Counted from the first letter of the stretch, positions 19,665-30,725 are shown. The stretch: DNA of 64,000 nucleotides from Promethearchaeota archaeon (GCA_048938855.1 JBHLLT010000006.1:32001-96000), one strand, 5' to 3'. The notes: generated by a model from the letters alone, not told the origin. Made by a program: numbers and translations.

Positions 19665-21458
19665 TTGAAAGACGATAATTTAAACAGAAAGGAAAATATT
19701 ATCAAAGAATTAATTAATTCTGGGATTAATATAACCCCCTCAACTTTAGAAATGCTTCTAAATTTAGATAATCCCTTAAAGAAAGTTAAATCAGTAATTA
19801 AGAGCGTTAGTTTTCTTCCGAATTTTAATAGTCATCTAACTGAGGAGATACTTCAGAATATATCAAAAGAGGATTCACAGAAATCACTAAAAAAGGTATT
19901 ATTAAAAAAGATGGAGTTAAAAATTACTCAAGAGAAAGAATTAAACCAAGCTATTGGAAAAGATGTATCCACATCAGTAAGTATAGAAACAAATGAGAAG
20001 ATACTGCCCAAATCTCAAAGATCCACTGAGAATACTTCTATGTTAGAAAATTCTGTGGCTTTAAATAACGAAAAAATAATTACACCTAATTCTTATGGAA
20101 CTTTTTCTAAAAATATTGTAAAAAGTAAGGTAAAGATGAGTAATGTTGAAGGATCGCGATCATCTCTTACCTTTAAACCGATAGCAAAAGAATTTACATC
20201 TTCTTATAGTATTTTAAAAGATCCTACGGGAAAACTTTATACAAGTGGAGAATATGAAGATTTCTATAATTTAACGGTAGATAAATTCAACAGACTTCGA
20301 AAATTAATAAGAAAAAGATCTGATGTTCTTTCTGCTAATAATATTAATAATATCCTAAGACTAACAAATAATGTTGAAGTATCAGCAATAGGATTAGTCA
20401 ATGAAATTCGAAAAACTAAAAATGGAAATTTCTTCTTAACTATGGAAGATCTTACTAATAACGTCAATGTACTTATACGTAAAGATTCAGAAAATCAAGA
20501 AAATGTAAAAATTGCAGAAAGAACTATTAATGATCAAATGATTTACATCGAAGGGACTTATAAACCAGGAGAAAAAGGAAAAAGTGGTATTATATATTGT
20601 AATTATATCTCCAAAATTGATGTTCCAAAGGATTTTGAACCTAATTTTTCACCAGATCCATTATCAATTGTTTTAATTTCTGACACTCACATCGGTAGCA
20701 AAGAATTTGAGGAAAAATTATGGGAAAGGTTTCTGAAATTCTTAAATGGAAAAATAGGTAATAAAACTCAAAGAGAACGAGCTGGAAAAATTAAATACAT
20801 TATAATAAATGGAGATTTAGTTGATGGTATTGGCATTTATCCTACACAAAAGAGTGATCTATTAATTACAGACATACATAATCAATTTAAAAGGGCAGCG
20901 GAAATCCTTTCTGAAGTACCTGATTATATTAAAATTTTTTATAGCTCCGGGAATCATGAACCCGTGAGAAATGCACTTCCTAGACCTGCTGTACCAAAAA
21001 AATATTCAGCGGAACTTATAGATCTCGGTGTTTTATGTATTGGAAATCCCTCACTTTTACAAACACATAATGTAAATACATTAATTTATCATGGTGATAG
21101 TATCCTTGATTTAAATATGGTGATACCGGGTTTAGATAACAATAAACCTGTAGATACAATGATTGAATTATTAAAATGTAGACATTTAGCACCCATCTAT
21201 GGAAAAAAAACCCAAATTGCTCCCACCAATAAAGATTGGCTCGTAATTGACAAAATTCCAGATATATTTCATACAGGCCACATTCACATTAATGGTATGG
21301 ATTATTATAATCACATTGCATTAGTAAATTCGGGATGTTTTCAGTCTCAAACAGATTTTATGAATTCATTAGGGATACATCCAACTCCTGGTATTCTCTC
21401 GATCATTGAACTAGATAGTCTTAAAGGAATTCAATTAGACCTAAAAAATAATATTTAA
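19665..21458 (+). CDS. polB: DNA polymerase D small subunit DP1 (3'-5' exonuclease)
   Basis: OB fold plus phosphoesterase motifs SDTHIGS, GDLVDG, GNHE, HLAPIYG, GHIH. Confidence 0.95.
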   Translation: MKDDNLNRKENIIKELINSGINITPSTLEMLLNLDNPLKKVKSVIKSVSFLPNFNSHLTEEILQNISKEDSQKSLKKVLLKKMELKITQEKELNQAIGKDVSTSVSIETNEKILPKSQRSTENTSMLENSVALNNEKIITPNSYGTFSKNIVKSKVKMSNVEGSRSSLTFKPIAKEFTSSYSILKDPTGKLYTSGEYEDFYNLTVDKFNRLRKLIRKRSDVLSANNINNILRLTNNVEVSAIGLVNEIRKTKNGNFFLTMEDLTNNVNVLIRKDSENQENVKIAERTINDQMIYIEGTYKPGEKGKSGIIYCNYISKIDVPKDFEPNFSPDPLSIVLISDTHIGSKEFEEKLWERFLKFLNGKIGNKTQRERAGKIKYIIINGDLVDGIGIYPTQKSDLLITDIHNQFKRAAEILSEVPDYIKIFYSSGNHEPVRNALPRPAVPKKYSAELIDLGVLCIGNPSLLQTHNVNTLIYHGDSILDLNMVIPGLDNNKPVDTMIELLKCRHLAPIYGKKTQIAPTNKDWLVIDKIPDIFHTGHIHINGMDYYNHIALVNSGCFQSQTDFMNSLGIHPTPGILSIIELDSLKGIQLDLKNNI

Positions 21459-21497
21459 TTATTCTACTTATATCATAAAAAACCCAAATTTTTTCTT

Positions 21498-22178
21498 ATG
21501 AATTTTGCAATTTCTCGAAATAGTACTTCCGAAATGTTAATGTATATTTGGAAAATTCTTGATCTTCCTTCTATATTATATAAGGATTTACTTTTTAGAA
21601 TTTCATTTGATTTATATCTTGATCCACCAGAAAAAGCTAAAATTTTCATAAACAAATGTATACAAGAAAAATTTCTTATTAAAGATGATAACAATAATCT
21701 TAAATTATCAGAGAGTTTAAATAGACAACTCCTTGATTGGCAAAAAAAAAGAAAAATTATGGTTCTTAAAAAGGTTAAGACTGCTAATAAAATTGAACAC
21801 TTAAAAAATGATATTTCAAAAAAAACTACCAATTTTAGTGTTTTGATTAATGCATTTGTTGATAAGGGAACTCTAAATAGGGCTGTAACTGTGTCAGATA
21901 CTGCTTTTGAGATACTGAAATTTGATCCTTCTATAGGAATTATTAAGGCAAAAGTTAAAGGGACCAAGGAAGAATCATACATAATTGAAATTGATATAAA
22001 TAATAAAATACTACGCCATACATGTCACGACTTTGAATCAAGAAGAGCTGATATGAAAAAATTTTGCAAACATTTAATAAAACTATTTTTGCTGTTAAAG
22101 GAAAGAAATGAGAAACATGCTGAATTTTTTCTCACTAAAATTGCTGAAAATATTGAAATGTGGGATTTTACTATTTAA
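21498..22178 (+). CDS. Hypothetical protein with a C-terminal SWIM-type Zn finger
   Basis: AKVKGT..YIIEID...HTCHDF...KFCKHL pattern. Confidence 0.7.
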   Translation: MNFAISRNSTSEMLMYIWKILDLPSILYKDLLFRISFDLYLDPPEKAKIFINKCIQEKFLIKDDNNNLKLSESLNRQLLDWQKKRKIMVLKKVKTANKIEHLKNDISKKTTNFSVLINAFVDKGTLNRAVTVSDTAFEILKFDPSIGIIKAKVKGTKEESYIIEIDINNKILRHTCHDFESRRADMKKFCKHLIKLFLLLKERNEKHAEFFLTKIAENIEMWDFTI

Positions 22179-23482
22179 ATCAATTTTTTAAAGATGTTAT
22201 TTTTTAACTTAACTTTATCAGTTTGTAAAAAAATAGGTTTATGGTTCATTATTCCTTTTATCTTTTCAATAACAAATAATACTTTCTCTAATAATTCCAA
22301 ATCGATATCAAGTTTAATTATCTTAGTTCTACCATAATGCCCCATTGATTTGATTTCGGCTGAGATTATACCTGCTAATGATAATTCGTTAATATAATCA
22401 CTTATTCTTCTTTTAGTCAATTGTCGTATTCCTGGTAGTAATTTCCTGATCTCGGAGTAAACATCATAAATATCCCCTGAAATGATTACATGATCCGGAC
22501 TAAATTTTGAAATTAAATATATGGAAGCTAATATAAGTTGTGCTTGTAATGGCATAACCTTGATATATTCCATAATGTGATCATTTTCTAAATCTTCTTG
22601 AGCCTTCTTTACATGTTTGGTGGAAACAATTTTATTTTGATCTCTCTCAGCTAATTCCCCTGCTTTCCTTAATAATTGGAGTGCTTTTCGGGCATCACCA
22701 TGTTCCTTTGCTGCTAAAGCAGCACATAAAGGAATAACATCCTCTTTTAAAATATTCTCTTGAAATGCGATTTTAGCTCTTTCAATCAAAATATCTTTCA
22801 ATTCATTTGCGTCATATGAAGGAAAAACTATGTGTTCCTCACCTAAGCTAGAAATTATTCTAGGATCCAAATTTTCTCGGAATTTTAATTTATTTGAGAT
22901 ACCAATCATGCTTGTTTTACAATTATCCAAATTCTCATTTAATCTTGTTAAATCATATAGAATTTCATTTCCGCCCTTCTTATCGACTAACATATCTATC
23001 TCATCTAAAACAAGAAAGCATATGGAATACCCAATCTTAGAATCTAATAATCCTAAGAGCTTTTTGAATATAATATCTTTTGGTAAACCTGTGGGAGGAA
23101 TTTTCTCCTGTCTGGAAATTGTATTATATATGTGGGCTAAGATACGATAGGGGGTTGAAATTATATTACAGTTAATATAAATCCACCAAGGCTTAATTTC
23201 TGAATTCTGTTGAGCTAACTTTTGGCTTACATATCTTATAGTTGCCGTTTTTCCTGTGCCCGTCATCCCGTAACATAAAAAATTTGGAGGAGTATCACCT
23301 AATAGAGCACATGCAGTCTTTTCAGCGATATCTCTTATTTGAGAATCACGATGTGGTAACTCATGGGGGATGTAAGATGCATCTAAAGCATCTCTATTAT
23401 TAAAGATTTTAGATCCTTTAAGATAGTTCTTATAAAATTTATCGATATTAAATTGGTGATCATGATTATTATTTTTCAACAA
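22175..23482 (-). CDS. cdc6: Orc1/Cdc6 replication initiator
   Basis: PHELPHRD, GMTGTGKT, LVLDEID, HGDARKAL, wHTH with GHYGRT. Confidence 0.95.
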   Translation of the reverse strand: MLKNNNHDHQFNIDKFYKNYLKGSKIFNNRDALDASYIPHELPHRDSQIRDIAEKTACALLGDTPPNFLCYGMTGTGKTATIRYVSQKLAQQNSEIKPWWIYINCNIISTPYRILAHIYNTISRQEKIPPTGLPKDIIFKKLLGLLDSKIGYSICFLVLDEIDMLVDKKGGNEILYDLTRLNENLDNCKTSMIGISNKLKFRENLDPRIISSLGEEHIVFPSYDANELKDILIERAKIAFQENILKEDVIPLCAALAAKEHGDARKALQLLRKAGELAERDQNKIVSTKHVKKAQEDLENDHIMEYIKVMPLQAQLILASIYLISKFSPDHVIISGDIYDVYSEIRKLLPGIRQLTKRRISDYINELSLAGIISAEIKSMGHYGRTKIIKLDIDLELLEKVLFVIEKIKGIMNHKPIFLQTDKVKLKNNIFKKLI

Positions 23483-23803
23483 TTATAACTCCGCTACTCC
23501 TTTTTTTATGTGAAGAAATTTTTGCACTCGAAATTTTTTATGGGTATATTGCATATTTAAATTTTCTACTGGATATTTAAAATTAATTATTAATCTTTAA
23601 TTTATTAGAAAAATGTTAAAGCCTTAATAGCTAATTTTGATGAATCTTTTTAATAATTTATAATATTATTGTCGGGATTTTAAAAGAATATTATTTATGA
23701 AGCAATATTTATTAAATTCTTATTAATAACTCATTCTATTAAAAAAAGTTTAATTTAATTAACTATTTATTTTACTAATGTAAAAACACTTTTATTTTAA
23801 CCT

Positions 23804-24574
23804 TTGTCCGCTAAATCTAACCTTTCCGAAACTGAAAAAAACAATAAAAAAATAGCGGTAATCTTAGCAATTACTTTTGCTTGTTTGATTTTAGGGAGTT
23901 TTATTTTAATAACAATAATGTTCAATTGGGCTGATTGGATTGCTTTATTAATATTCAGCCTTTTAATTATTGTTCCAGCATACATTTCAAATGCATCTAT
24001 GGTGATAACAGGGGGAGGTAAACCAATAGATGGTGGTAGAAATCTCCGAGACGGGAGAAGAATATTGGGAGATCATAAAACTTGGAATGGATTAAAAGGA
24101 CCGTTATATATTGGAATACCCATATCATTTTGTATCTTTCTTCTTTTTAATGGATTATGGGAGCCAATCAATAGAGTTATTATTGATGCAACCATGCAAG
24201 GGCAATATTCTTTATATGTTGATATCAATATATTTAAATATTATTTCATAGGAGGAAATTTTCCAATTAATTTCCTAGTTTTAATTATAAGGATTGTTTT
24301 AGCTTCATATGGTGCGGTATTGGGTGATTTGATAGGATCGTTTTTGAAAAGAAGATTCAATATTAAAAGCGGAGAACCATTTTGGATTATAGATCAATTG
24401 GATTTTGCATTAGTAGCACTATTATTCATCGCTATTCCAGGATTCATCGCTCCAAACCTCTTTTTCTTGCCAGATCCTTTCATTATCATTTTTCTAATTA
24501 TCTTGACTCCTGCAGTAAGTGTTATAGCTAACACAGTTGCTTATGTAATTGGTTTAAAAGATGTACCTTGGTGA
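23804..24574 (+). CDS. carS: CDP-archaeol synthase
   Basis: PAYISNA, PIDGG..DGRRILGDHKTWNG, GDLIGSFLKRR, DQLDF, C-terminal KDVPW. Confidence 0.92.
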   Translation: MSAKSNLSETEKNNKKIAVILAITFACLILGSFILITIMFNWADWIALLIFSLLIIVPAYISNASMVITGGGKPIDGGRNLRDGRRILGDHKTWNGLKGPLYIGIPISFCIFLLFNGLWEPINRVIIDATMQGQYSLYVDINIFKYYFIGGNFPINFLVLIIRIVLASYGAVLGDLIGSFLKRRFNIKSGEPFWIIDQLDFALVALLFIAIPGFIAPNLFFLPDPFIIIFLIILTPAVSVIANTVAYVIGLKDVPW

Positions 24575-24591
24575 GGAGTAATAAAATAACC

Positions 24592-25095
24592 CTATGAATC
24601 CTTGAATTTACACTTAACTTTCAATGGTGAATTTTGATTTTCAAAAATAACGAAATTTTCAAATATTTCATTAACAGCTCTAATATAATCTCCATTTCGC
24701 CCTATTGCAATTCCTCTTTCTTTAAAAAATAAAAAATAGATCGAAATTTCTCTGTTATTTGAATGATTATCAAATTCTATCTTGATATTTTCAATATTTA
24801 AATCTGGAAAAAAACTAAATAAAATGTTGATTAATATTTTTTCAATTCTTATAATAATTATCTTTCTATTTCCAATTTCCCTTCTCATAGAATCTAAATA
24901 CACTTTAGAGCAAAAATAATGTTGCTTTTTTACGAAGAAAAAGATAAATTGTCTTATAACAACCACAAATTCTGGATAGATTCCCTGTGTTTTTTCAAAA
25001 AAATATTCACGTAGTTTAAGTTCAAAATTCGAATATTTTTTTCTAAATGTAACTAATTGATAAAAAATTAAGTCATCCGCAATTGTATAGAACAT
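24592..25095 (-). CDS. NusA-like KH-domain protein
   Basis: RGIAIGRNGDYIRAV GxxG KH motif as in the C-terminal KH domain of archaeal NusA; first KH degenerate. Confidence 0.6.
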   Translation of the reverse strand: MFYTIADDLIFYQLVTFRKKYSNFELKLREYFFEKTQGIYPEFVVVIRQFIFFFVKKQHYFCSKVYLDSMRREIGNRKIIIIRIEKILINILFSFFPDLNIENIKIEFDNHSNNREISIYFLFFKERGIAIGRNGDYIRAVNEIFENFVIFENQNSPLKVKCKFKDS

Positions 25096-25205
25096 ACTTT
25101 ATTATTTTTTGTTTTCAATTTAAACTACTAAGAAATTTAATTAGTTAGAAATATCTTATTAATATCAAGAATTTCAAGCAGATAGAAATTTATTTAATTA
25201 ATTGA

Positions 25206-25649
25206 ATGAAGATGAAGAAAGTAGGGTACAAATTTTTAGATCACACTGCTGACGTTTCAGTCGAAGCTTTTGGTACAACATTAGAAGAAGCTTTTGAACA
25301 AACCGTTTATAGCTTAATGGAGACTATCACTCCTAGTTTAGGAGCAATATCCCCGATTATTGAAAGAAGTGTTGTAATTGAAGCTGAAGATAAAGAAGCA
25401 TTATTATTTGATTTTTTATCTGAATTTCTATATATTTTTGATGTAGAAGAACTAATATTCAATAAAATTGAAATTCAACCAATTATTAAAGAAAAAAATA
25501 AATATATTCTAAAAGCGGTAGCTAAAGGAGAAAAGTTTAATAAGCTCAAACATGAACCTGGAATTGAAGTTAAAGCTATAACTTACTCTTTTATGAATAT
25601 TGAACAAAAAAAGAATGAAGTCAAGATAAATATTATATTTGATATTTAA
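25206..25649 (+). CDS. Archease (RtcB cofactor)
   Basis: FLDHTADV, EVKAITY, C-terminal IIFDI. Confidence 0.95.
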   Translation: MKMKKVGYKFLDHTADVSVEAFGTTLEEAFEQTVYSLMETITPSLGAISPIIERSVVIEAEDKEALLFDFLSEFLYIFDVEELIFNKIEIQPIIKEKNKYILKAVAKGEKFNKLKHEPGIEVKAITYSFMNIEQKKNEVKINIIFDI

Positions 25650-25673
25650 ATTAAAACTAATAATCAAAAGGAT

Positions 25674-27146
25674 TTATCCTTTTACTACTCCTACAGGAAC
25701 TAATCTTACTATTTTTTCAACGATTTCAAGATCGTGGCTCACCTGAACAACTTGATCTATGTCTTTATATGCACCGGGTGCCTCTTCGGCAATCACTTTC
25801 ATCGAAGCTGCTCGTACCATAATTCCTTGTTTACTTAAACTATCTTTAACACGTTCTCCCCAATATTTTTTTGTAGCTTTAGCTCTTGACATTACTCTTC
25901 CCGAACCATGCGCAGTGGAACCAAATGATAAATCCATCGCATTCTCCTTCCCAACACATAGATAAGAAGCAGACCCCATAGTTCCTGGAATTAATACTGG
26001 TTGTCCAATAGATTTATATTTTTGTGGTATATCAGGATGATTTGGCGGAAATGCTCTCGTAGCACCCTTTCTATGAACGTTTAACTTCATTTTTTTACCA
26101 TCAATTTCATGTTCTTCAATTTTTAAGATATTGTGGCAAACTCCATAAATAAGGTGTAAATCTAAAGCATCTATATCTCTTTGAAAGGTTTGCTGAAATG
26201 ATTCTCTTAACCAATGTGTGATTAATTGACGGTTAGTAAATCCAAAATTAGCTGCACATGCCATTTGTTTTAGATAATTTTGTGCCTCAGGAGTATTTGC
26301 AGGTACGCACGCTAATTCTCTATCTGGTACTTTTATATTATATTGTTTCATAGCCTGCTCAATATTGCGTAAAGAATCTGAACATACTTGATGTCCAAGG
26401 GCTCTGCTTCCTGTATGAATCATAACAGTAATTTGATTCTTATCATGAATTCCCAACTTTTCAGCGATACTTTTATTATAAATTTCATCGACTTTTTGGA
26501 TTTCTAAAAAATGGTTTCCACTACCTAATGAACCAAGCTGTTTTATTGCACGCTGTTTTGCTTTCAATGAAACCAGTTTAGCATCTGCATCCATTAAACA
26601 TCCATTTTCCTCTAAATGATTAATGTCTTCTTCAATAGCATAACCATTATCTAATGCCCATTTTACACCATTATTTAAAACATCATCTAACTCTGAATAA
26701 CTAATATTAAGTTTGCCCTTCGAACCCAATCCTGAGGGGATATTTGTAAATATTCTATCCAATAAATTGGGAAGAACATTCTTAATATCATTAAGAAATA
26801 AATTAGATCTTAATAATCTTACACCACAATTAATATCATATCCTACTCCTCCAGGAGATATCATTCCTGTATCTGCATCTGTTCCAGCAACACCACCAAT
26901 ACAGAATCCATATCCTTGGTGGGCATCTGAAAGAGCAATCGCATGTTTTTGTATTCCGGGTAAACAAGCAACATTACAAATCTGATCTAATGTCCGATCC
27001 AACTTTATTTTCTCCAAAATATAATCATTAGCATAAATTTTTACAGGAACTCTCATCTGAAATTTTTCGATATTTCCTTTAATCCGCGACATTAATGTTT
27101 TTGGAGGAATTTCATAGATATTGTTATCAATTTTATTGACATTCAT
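25674..27146 (-). CDS. rtcB: RNA-splicing ligase RtcB
   Basis: DAHQGYGF, GYDINCGVR, GSGNHFLE, HRKGATRAF, STAHGSGR, EEAPGAYKD. Confidence 0.97.
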   Translation of the reverse strand: MNVNKIDNNIYEIPPKTLMSRIKGNIEKFQMRVPVKIYANDYILEKIKLDRTLDQICNVACLPGIQKHAIALSDAHQGYGFCIGGVAGTDADTGMISPGGVGYDINCGVRLLRSNLFLNDIKNVLPNLLDRIFTNIPSGLGSKGKLNISYSELDDVLNNGVKWALDNGYAIEEDINHLEENGCLMDADAKLVSLKAKQRAIKQLGSLGSGNHFLEIQKVDEIYNKSIAEKLGIHDKNQITVMIHTGSRALGHQVCSDSLRNIEQAMKQYNIKVPDRELACVPANTPEAQNYLKQMACAANFGFTNRQLITHWLRESFQQTFQRDIDALDLHLIYGVCHNILKIEEHEIDGKKMKLNVHRKGATRAFPPNHPDIPQKYKSIGQPVLIPGTMGSASYLCVGKENAMDLSFGSTAHGSGRVMSRAKATKKYWGERVKDSLSKQGIMVRAASMKVIAEEAPGAYKDIDQVVQVSHDLEIVEKIVRLVPVGVVKG

Positions 27147-27272
27147 ACTAACTTTATAAGTAAAACAATAATCAAAAATATTTTCCTTTAATCTAATAAT
27201 AAATAAAATATTCTTGGGATTTATAGAGGCTCTTTACTAATTTGTATTACTTATTAAAAAAGAATTACAAGT

Positions 27273-27998
27273 TTATTTTATGTCAATAAACGATAGTAAA
27301 CCTAAATCATCTAAACTTTTTATTATTTTTTGGATTTCTGACTCTGGCCGACCTCCTTCTTCAGCAATTTCAGCAATAGTATGAAAACCATCAGCGAAAT
27401 GAGCAATTTTATACTCCTTCTTATCTAGAAATCCTTGAGTAATAACTTGTTTTGGTAGTCTCTTCGCCGTCCATTCCGGCTTTTGATCACGTACTTGGCG
27501 TAAATCCTCCTCTGAAAGCACTAAACCCCTTTTTGCAATTTGCTTCTGAGATTTCTGAAAGTCTTTCTTAAAAATCTTTAAAATAGGAAGTCTTAATTGG
27601 ATCTCTGCAAGTCTACCATTTTGTAAAATCTCATCAATAACTTGATCAAAATCCCGGAAGATACGGACATCACCAGCCCAATTCTCAAGCTTATCACCAA
27701 ACTTCTTCACAAACTTATCAATAATATCAGTTAAGGCCTTATGTGTTATTTTTGCATCATCATTTTTATCTGCTGCTGCAGTTATCAATACTCCCTCCTT
27801 AAAGACCAAAAGCAAGTAAAAGACTTGCATATCAATTACTTTCAATTCTCCAGAACCCTTCGAAAATTCTACACTAAAATCCTTTAATGCTGTTAGAAAA
27901 CCGCTAACTAAATCTTGATTAAATTCTATAGTTCCATATTTACGATGGATTAAGCAAATTCCTGTTAATTGATGTATCAAATAAACATTGTGTAAAAT
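27273..27998 (-). CDS. Longin-like domain protein with a C-terminal winged helix
   Basis: Frame extends to ATT at 27998 (xLHNVYLIHQLTGICLIHRKYG), ~10 nt after GAGGTG. LVSGFLTALKDFS longin-type helix; C-terminal TIAEIAEE...IIKSLDDLGLL wHTH. Confidence 0.7.
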   Translation of the reverse strand: MLHNVYLIHQLTGICLIHRKYGTIEFNQDLVSGFLTALKDFSVEFSKGSGELKVIDMQVFYLLLVFKEGVLITAAADKNDDAKITHKALTDIIDKFVKKFGDKLENWAGDVRIFRDFDQVIDEILQNGRLAEIQLRLPILKIFKKDFQKSQKQIAKRGLVLSEEDLRQVRDQKPEWTAKRLPKQVITQGFLDKKEYKIAHFADGFHTIAEIAEEGGRPESEIQKIIKSLDDLGLLSFIDIK

Positions 27999-28079
27999 GA
28001 GTCCTTAGCACCTCTTTCCTCTATTATAATGAAAAAAATTCTTTTAAAAAGTTTATATTAACATATTTTTATTGATAAT

Positions 28080-28490
28080 AAGAATTTTACTATTTATAAT
28101 TACTGTTGAAAGACTAATTTGTAATGTTCTTATTACAATATTTTATTCCTCCATATTTAAATTCCTAATTAATTATTTTATGGCTTTTTTCTCTCCCTCT
28201 ATACTGAAGTTCTTACAAATTTTAGACATCGATTTTCAATCAGCTTTCTGTAATTTAAAAACTGTATGAGTAAACACTAAAAATTTTCTTATATAGTGTT
28301 CTACAAGAGCTTTTGTGTCTAAATTATCCCATAAATATGACAAGCTTTCGTATTTCAATATCTTGAATCCTATTTGATTGTAATTACCATTAAGATCTTG
28401 GTTTTTTAGTTTATGTTTTAGATTTTTAAGGATAGTACTATGGCCATTTCTAAGTGTGTTAATTATTTCATTATAAAGGTTTCCTGACTA
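28080..28490 (-). pseudogene. Possible decayed gene remnant (helical repeat-like)
   Basis: One minus frame reads protein-like for >100 codons with scattered stops (...KLQKAD*KSMSK...GEKKAIK*LIRNLNMEE*NIVIR). Confidence 0.25.
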
Positions 28491-28653
28491 TTTTTGGAAG
28501 AAGGATTAAAGGAAATTATAACAGAATACTCATTAATACTCGTATTTAAAAGCGCAAAAAACCAAAATTTAATCATTCTGTAAAATCGAATTCAAAAAAT
28601 AAAAAAAAAAAAAATTAATTAATAGATTTTTATGATATGTAAATACTAATTTT

Positions 28654-30414
28654 CTATTCGCGATAGGTTGGATAAAAGTATAGATTTCTCATACTATTAT
28701 ATGGGAATCCTTTCAAGGTAGCTGCGTGTACAAAATAGAGTTTGTCATATTCTAAAGGCATATGATAAGCTTGTACGTCGATAATATAACCTTGAAGTTG
28801 TTCATATAAGGCATATCTCGTAGCAGTATCAGTTTCTGCAGCAGCCTTCGCTAGAAGATTCTGTAAATGATGATCATTAATTCTAGCAAAGTTAGAAGCG
28901 GAGGCATTGTTAACTAATGGATCAATCATGTTGAAGGTTTCAAAATAATCAGGACCCCATCCGACATAATAGATGTGAAGTCTTTCGGGATGAAGTTGAC
29001 CCAGCCTAATAAATTGATCCCAAGTTAATATTTGGGGTATAACATCGATTCCAATTAAATCCATATCCTCCGTGAACCGTTGGATAAGAAGTTCCATGAA
29101 GTGACTAGCTACATTGTGTCGGAAATTCCATTGATTGTTTGAGAAGTTTCCTGCACCAGCAGTTGGCACAAATTGCGCTGCTGTCCACTGAGCCTCATCA
29201 CCACCTGGAGTGAATACATCTCCCACTTGAGAGCCAACCTGCCAACCAACTCCAAAACCCATAGATTGCAATATCGTTCTGGCTTTTGGGATATCATAAC
29301 TGGCACCTGTGGTTGAATAATTATGCGCAGGAAAGCCAGGAGGAACTAATGAGTTAGCTTTCACAGTTCTATCTTGATCAATTTCTTGATTGAGATATGT
29401 ATAATTAAACGCGTTTGAAATTGCCTTTCTCCAGGTTCGGTTTATGACTTCAGAGTTAAATGCAATATACCAATAAATAGAACCATTAATATAATCATGA
29501 ACTCCATCTCCAGTTACCGTAATATCTGGATCTGCTACAAAATCAGGTTTGAGTGAAGCAATACCTTGACCTAGGTAATCAATATCCCCAGCCAACATTG
29601 CATTATTGGCAGTGACAGCATCTCTATAAAATACAAAAACAATCTGGTCCCAATAAGCACCAGTTCTCCAGTATCGCTCCCATCGGGCAAATCTAATCTC
29701 TGAATTAGGAATGTATCTCACTAATTTGAAAGGTCCAGTTCCAATAGCGAGATCTTGACCAAGACTTAGCATTCTATACTTTGGAGTAGATGTATGACCG
29801 ACAATTGAACTTGCTGTATAAGCTAATAAACCCTCGCAAGGGGCAAAGGCTCCGGTCAAATAGAGTCTGACTGTTAATGGATCAGATGCTTTATGTGCAT
29901 TCCACCAGACTCTGCTGGCTGCAGTATCAAAGATTGCTGTTCCATTACCAAATTTGTAAATTGAATGTGGAAAAGCCTGAGTTGTGTTATCGGGTAATGT
30001 TCCTGTCGAATTGCCAAAATAATTAATTCTTTCGAATGTAAAAATAACATCTTCTCCTGTTAGTTTTTGACCATCATGGAAATACACATCATCTCTTAAT
30101 TTAAACTCAACTATTGTTTCAGTAGGCCAACTCCATGATTCAGCAAGTCTAGGAATAATTGGGAAACTTGGGTCTGATAAATCAGTAGCAATTAGAGGTT
30201 CAACAACCTGATCAAGCATATTATTTGATACACTATCCCAAGTATCCAGAGGATCCATAGTGACAGGATTAGATGTTGTGGCAACTTTAAGGACTTCTCC
30301 TTGTACCGGAGGTGAAACAACGGTCAACATAGCTAAGATAACGTTTCCAACACCAGAAGCAGCTAAAACTACTGCTAGGATGATTATCGCTAAATTTTTT
30401 TTCTCCATTTCCAT
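28654..30414 (-). CDS. ABC transporter substrate-binding protein, family 5 (OppA/DppA-like)
   Basis: N-terminal anchor, TMDP, PRLAESW, FKLRDDVYFHDG, IGTGPFKL, GWGPDY. Confidence 0.92.
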   Translation of the reverse strand: MEMEKKNLAIIILAVVLAASGVGNVILAMLTVVSPPVQGEVLKVATTSNPVTMDPLDTWDSVSNNMLDQVVEPLIATDLSDPSFPIIPRLAESWSWPTETIVEFKLRDDVYFHDGQKLTGEDVIFTFERINYFGNSTGTLPDNTTQAFPHSIYKFGNGTAIFDTAASRVWWNAHKASDPLTVRLYLTGAFAPCEGLLAYTASSIVGHTSTPKYRMLSLGQDLAIGTGPFKLVRYIPNSEIRFARWERYWRTGAYWDQIVFVFYRDAVTANNAMLAGDIDYLGQGIASLKPDFVADPDITVTGDGVHDYINGSIYWYIAFNSEVINRTWRKAISNAFNYTYLNQEIDQDRTVKANSLVPPGFPAHNYSTTGASYDIPKARTILQSMGFGVGWQVGSQVGDVFTPGGDEAQWTAAQFVPTAGAGNFSNNQWNFRHNVASHFMELLIQRFTEDMDLIGIDVIPQILTWDQFIRLGQLHPERLHIYYVGWGPDYFETFNMIDPLVNNASASNFARINDHHLQNLLAKAAAETDTATRYALYEQLQGYIIDVQAYHMPLEYDKLYFVHAATLKGFPYNSMRNLYFYPTYRE

Positions 30415-30725
30415 AGTTAAATCACATATTTTTCTTTGTTTTTTTCAAAATTTTTGATTTTTTAAAGAAATCTTTTTCAAGACTTACTTCATTTTTATCG
30501 ATAAATTATAGATTAATTAAAACACGCAAATCTCTTATTTAAATATTATTCTTAATATTTCCGGGTGAATACGCTTTCCCACATATCAAGATATTCTGAA
30601 ATGATTGATTTTTCCGAATTTTCAAAATATCAAAAAACAATTAAACTCTACTTTGTTATTTCTATGTTATAATTCTGTAGAACCCATCTTGACTTTAAAA
30701 TTGAGATATTTGGGAATGAGAGAAT

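Noticed and set aside
15903-23482. Inteins in DP2 or Cdc6
   Set aside because: Protein lengths are normal and no intein splice motifs were seen.
27055-27105. ~10-aa insertion near the RtcB N-terminus as a hidden in-frame 30-nt intron
   Set aside because: No convincing hairpin or BHB at the nucleotide level; it falls in a variable loop.
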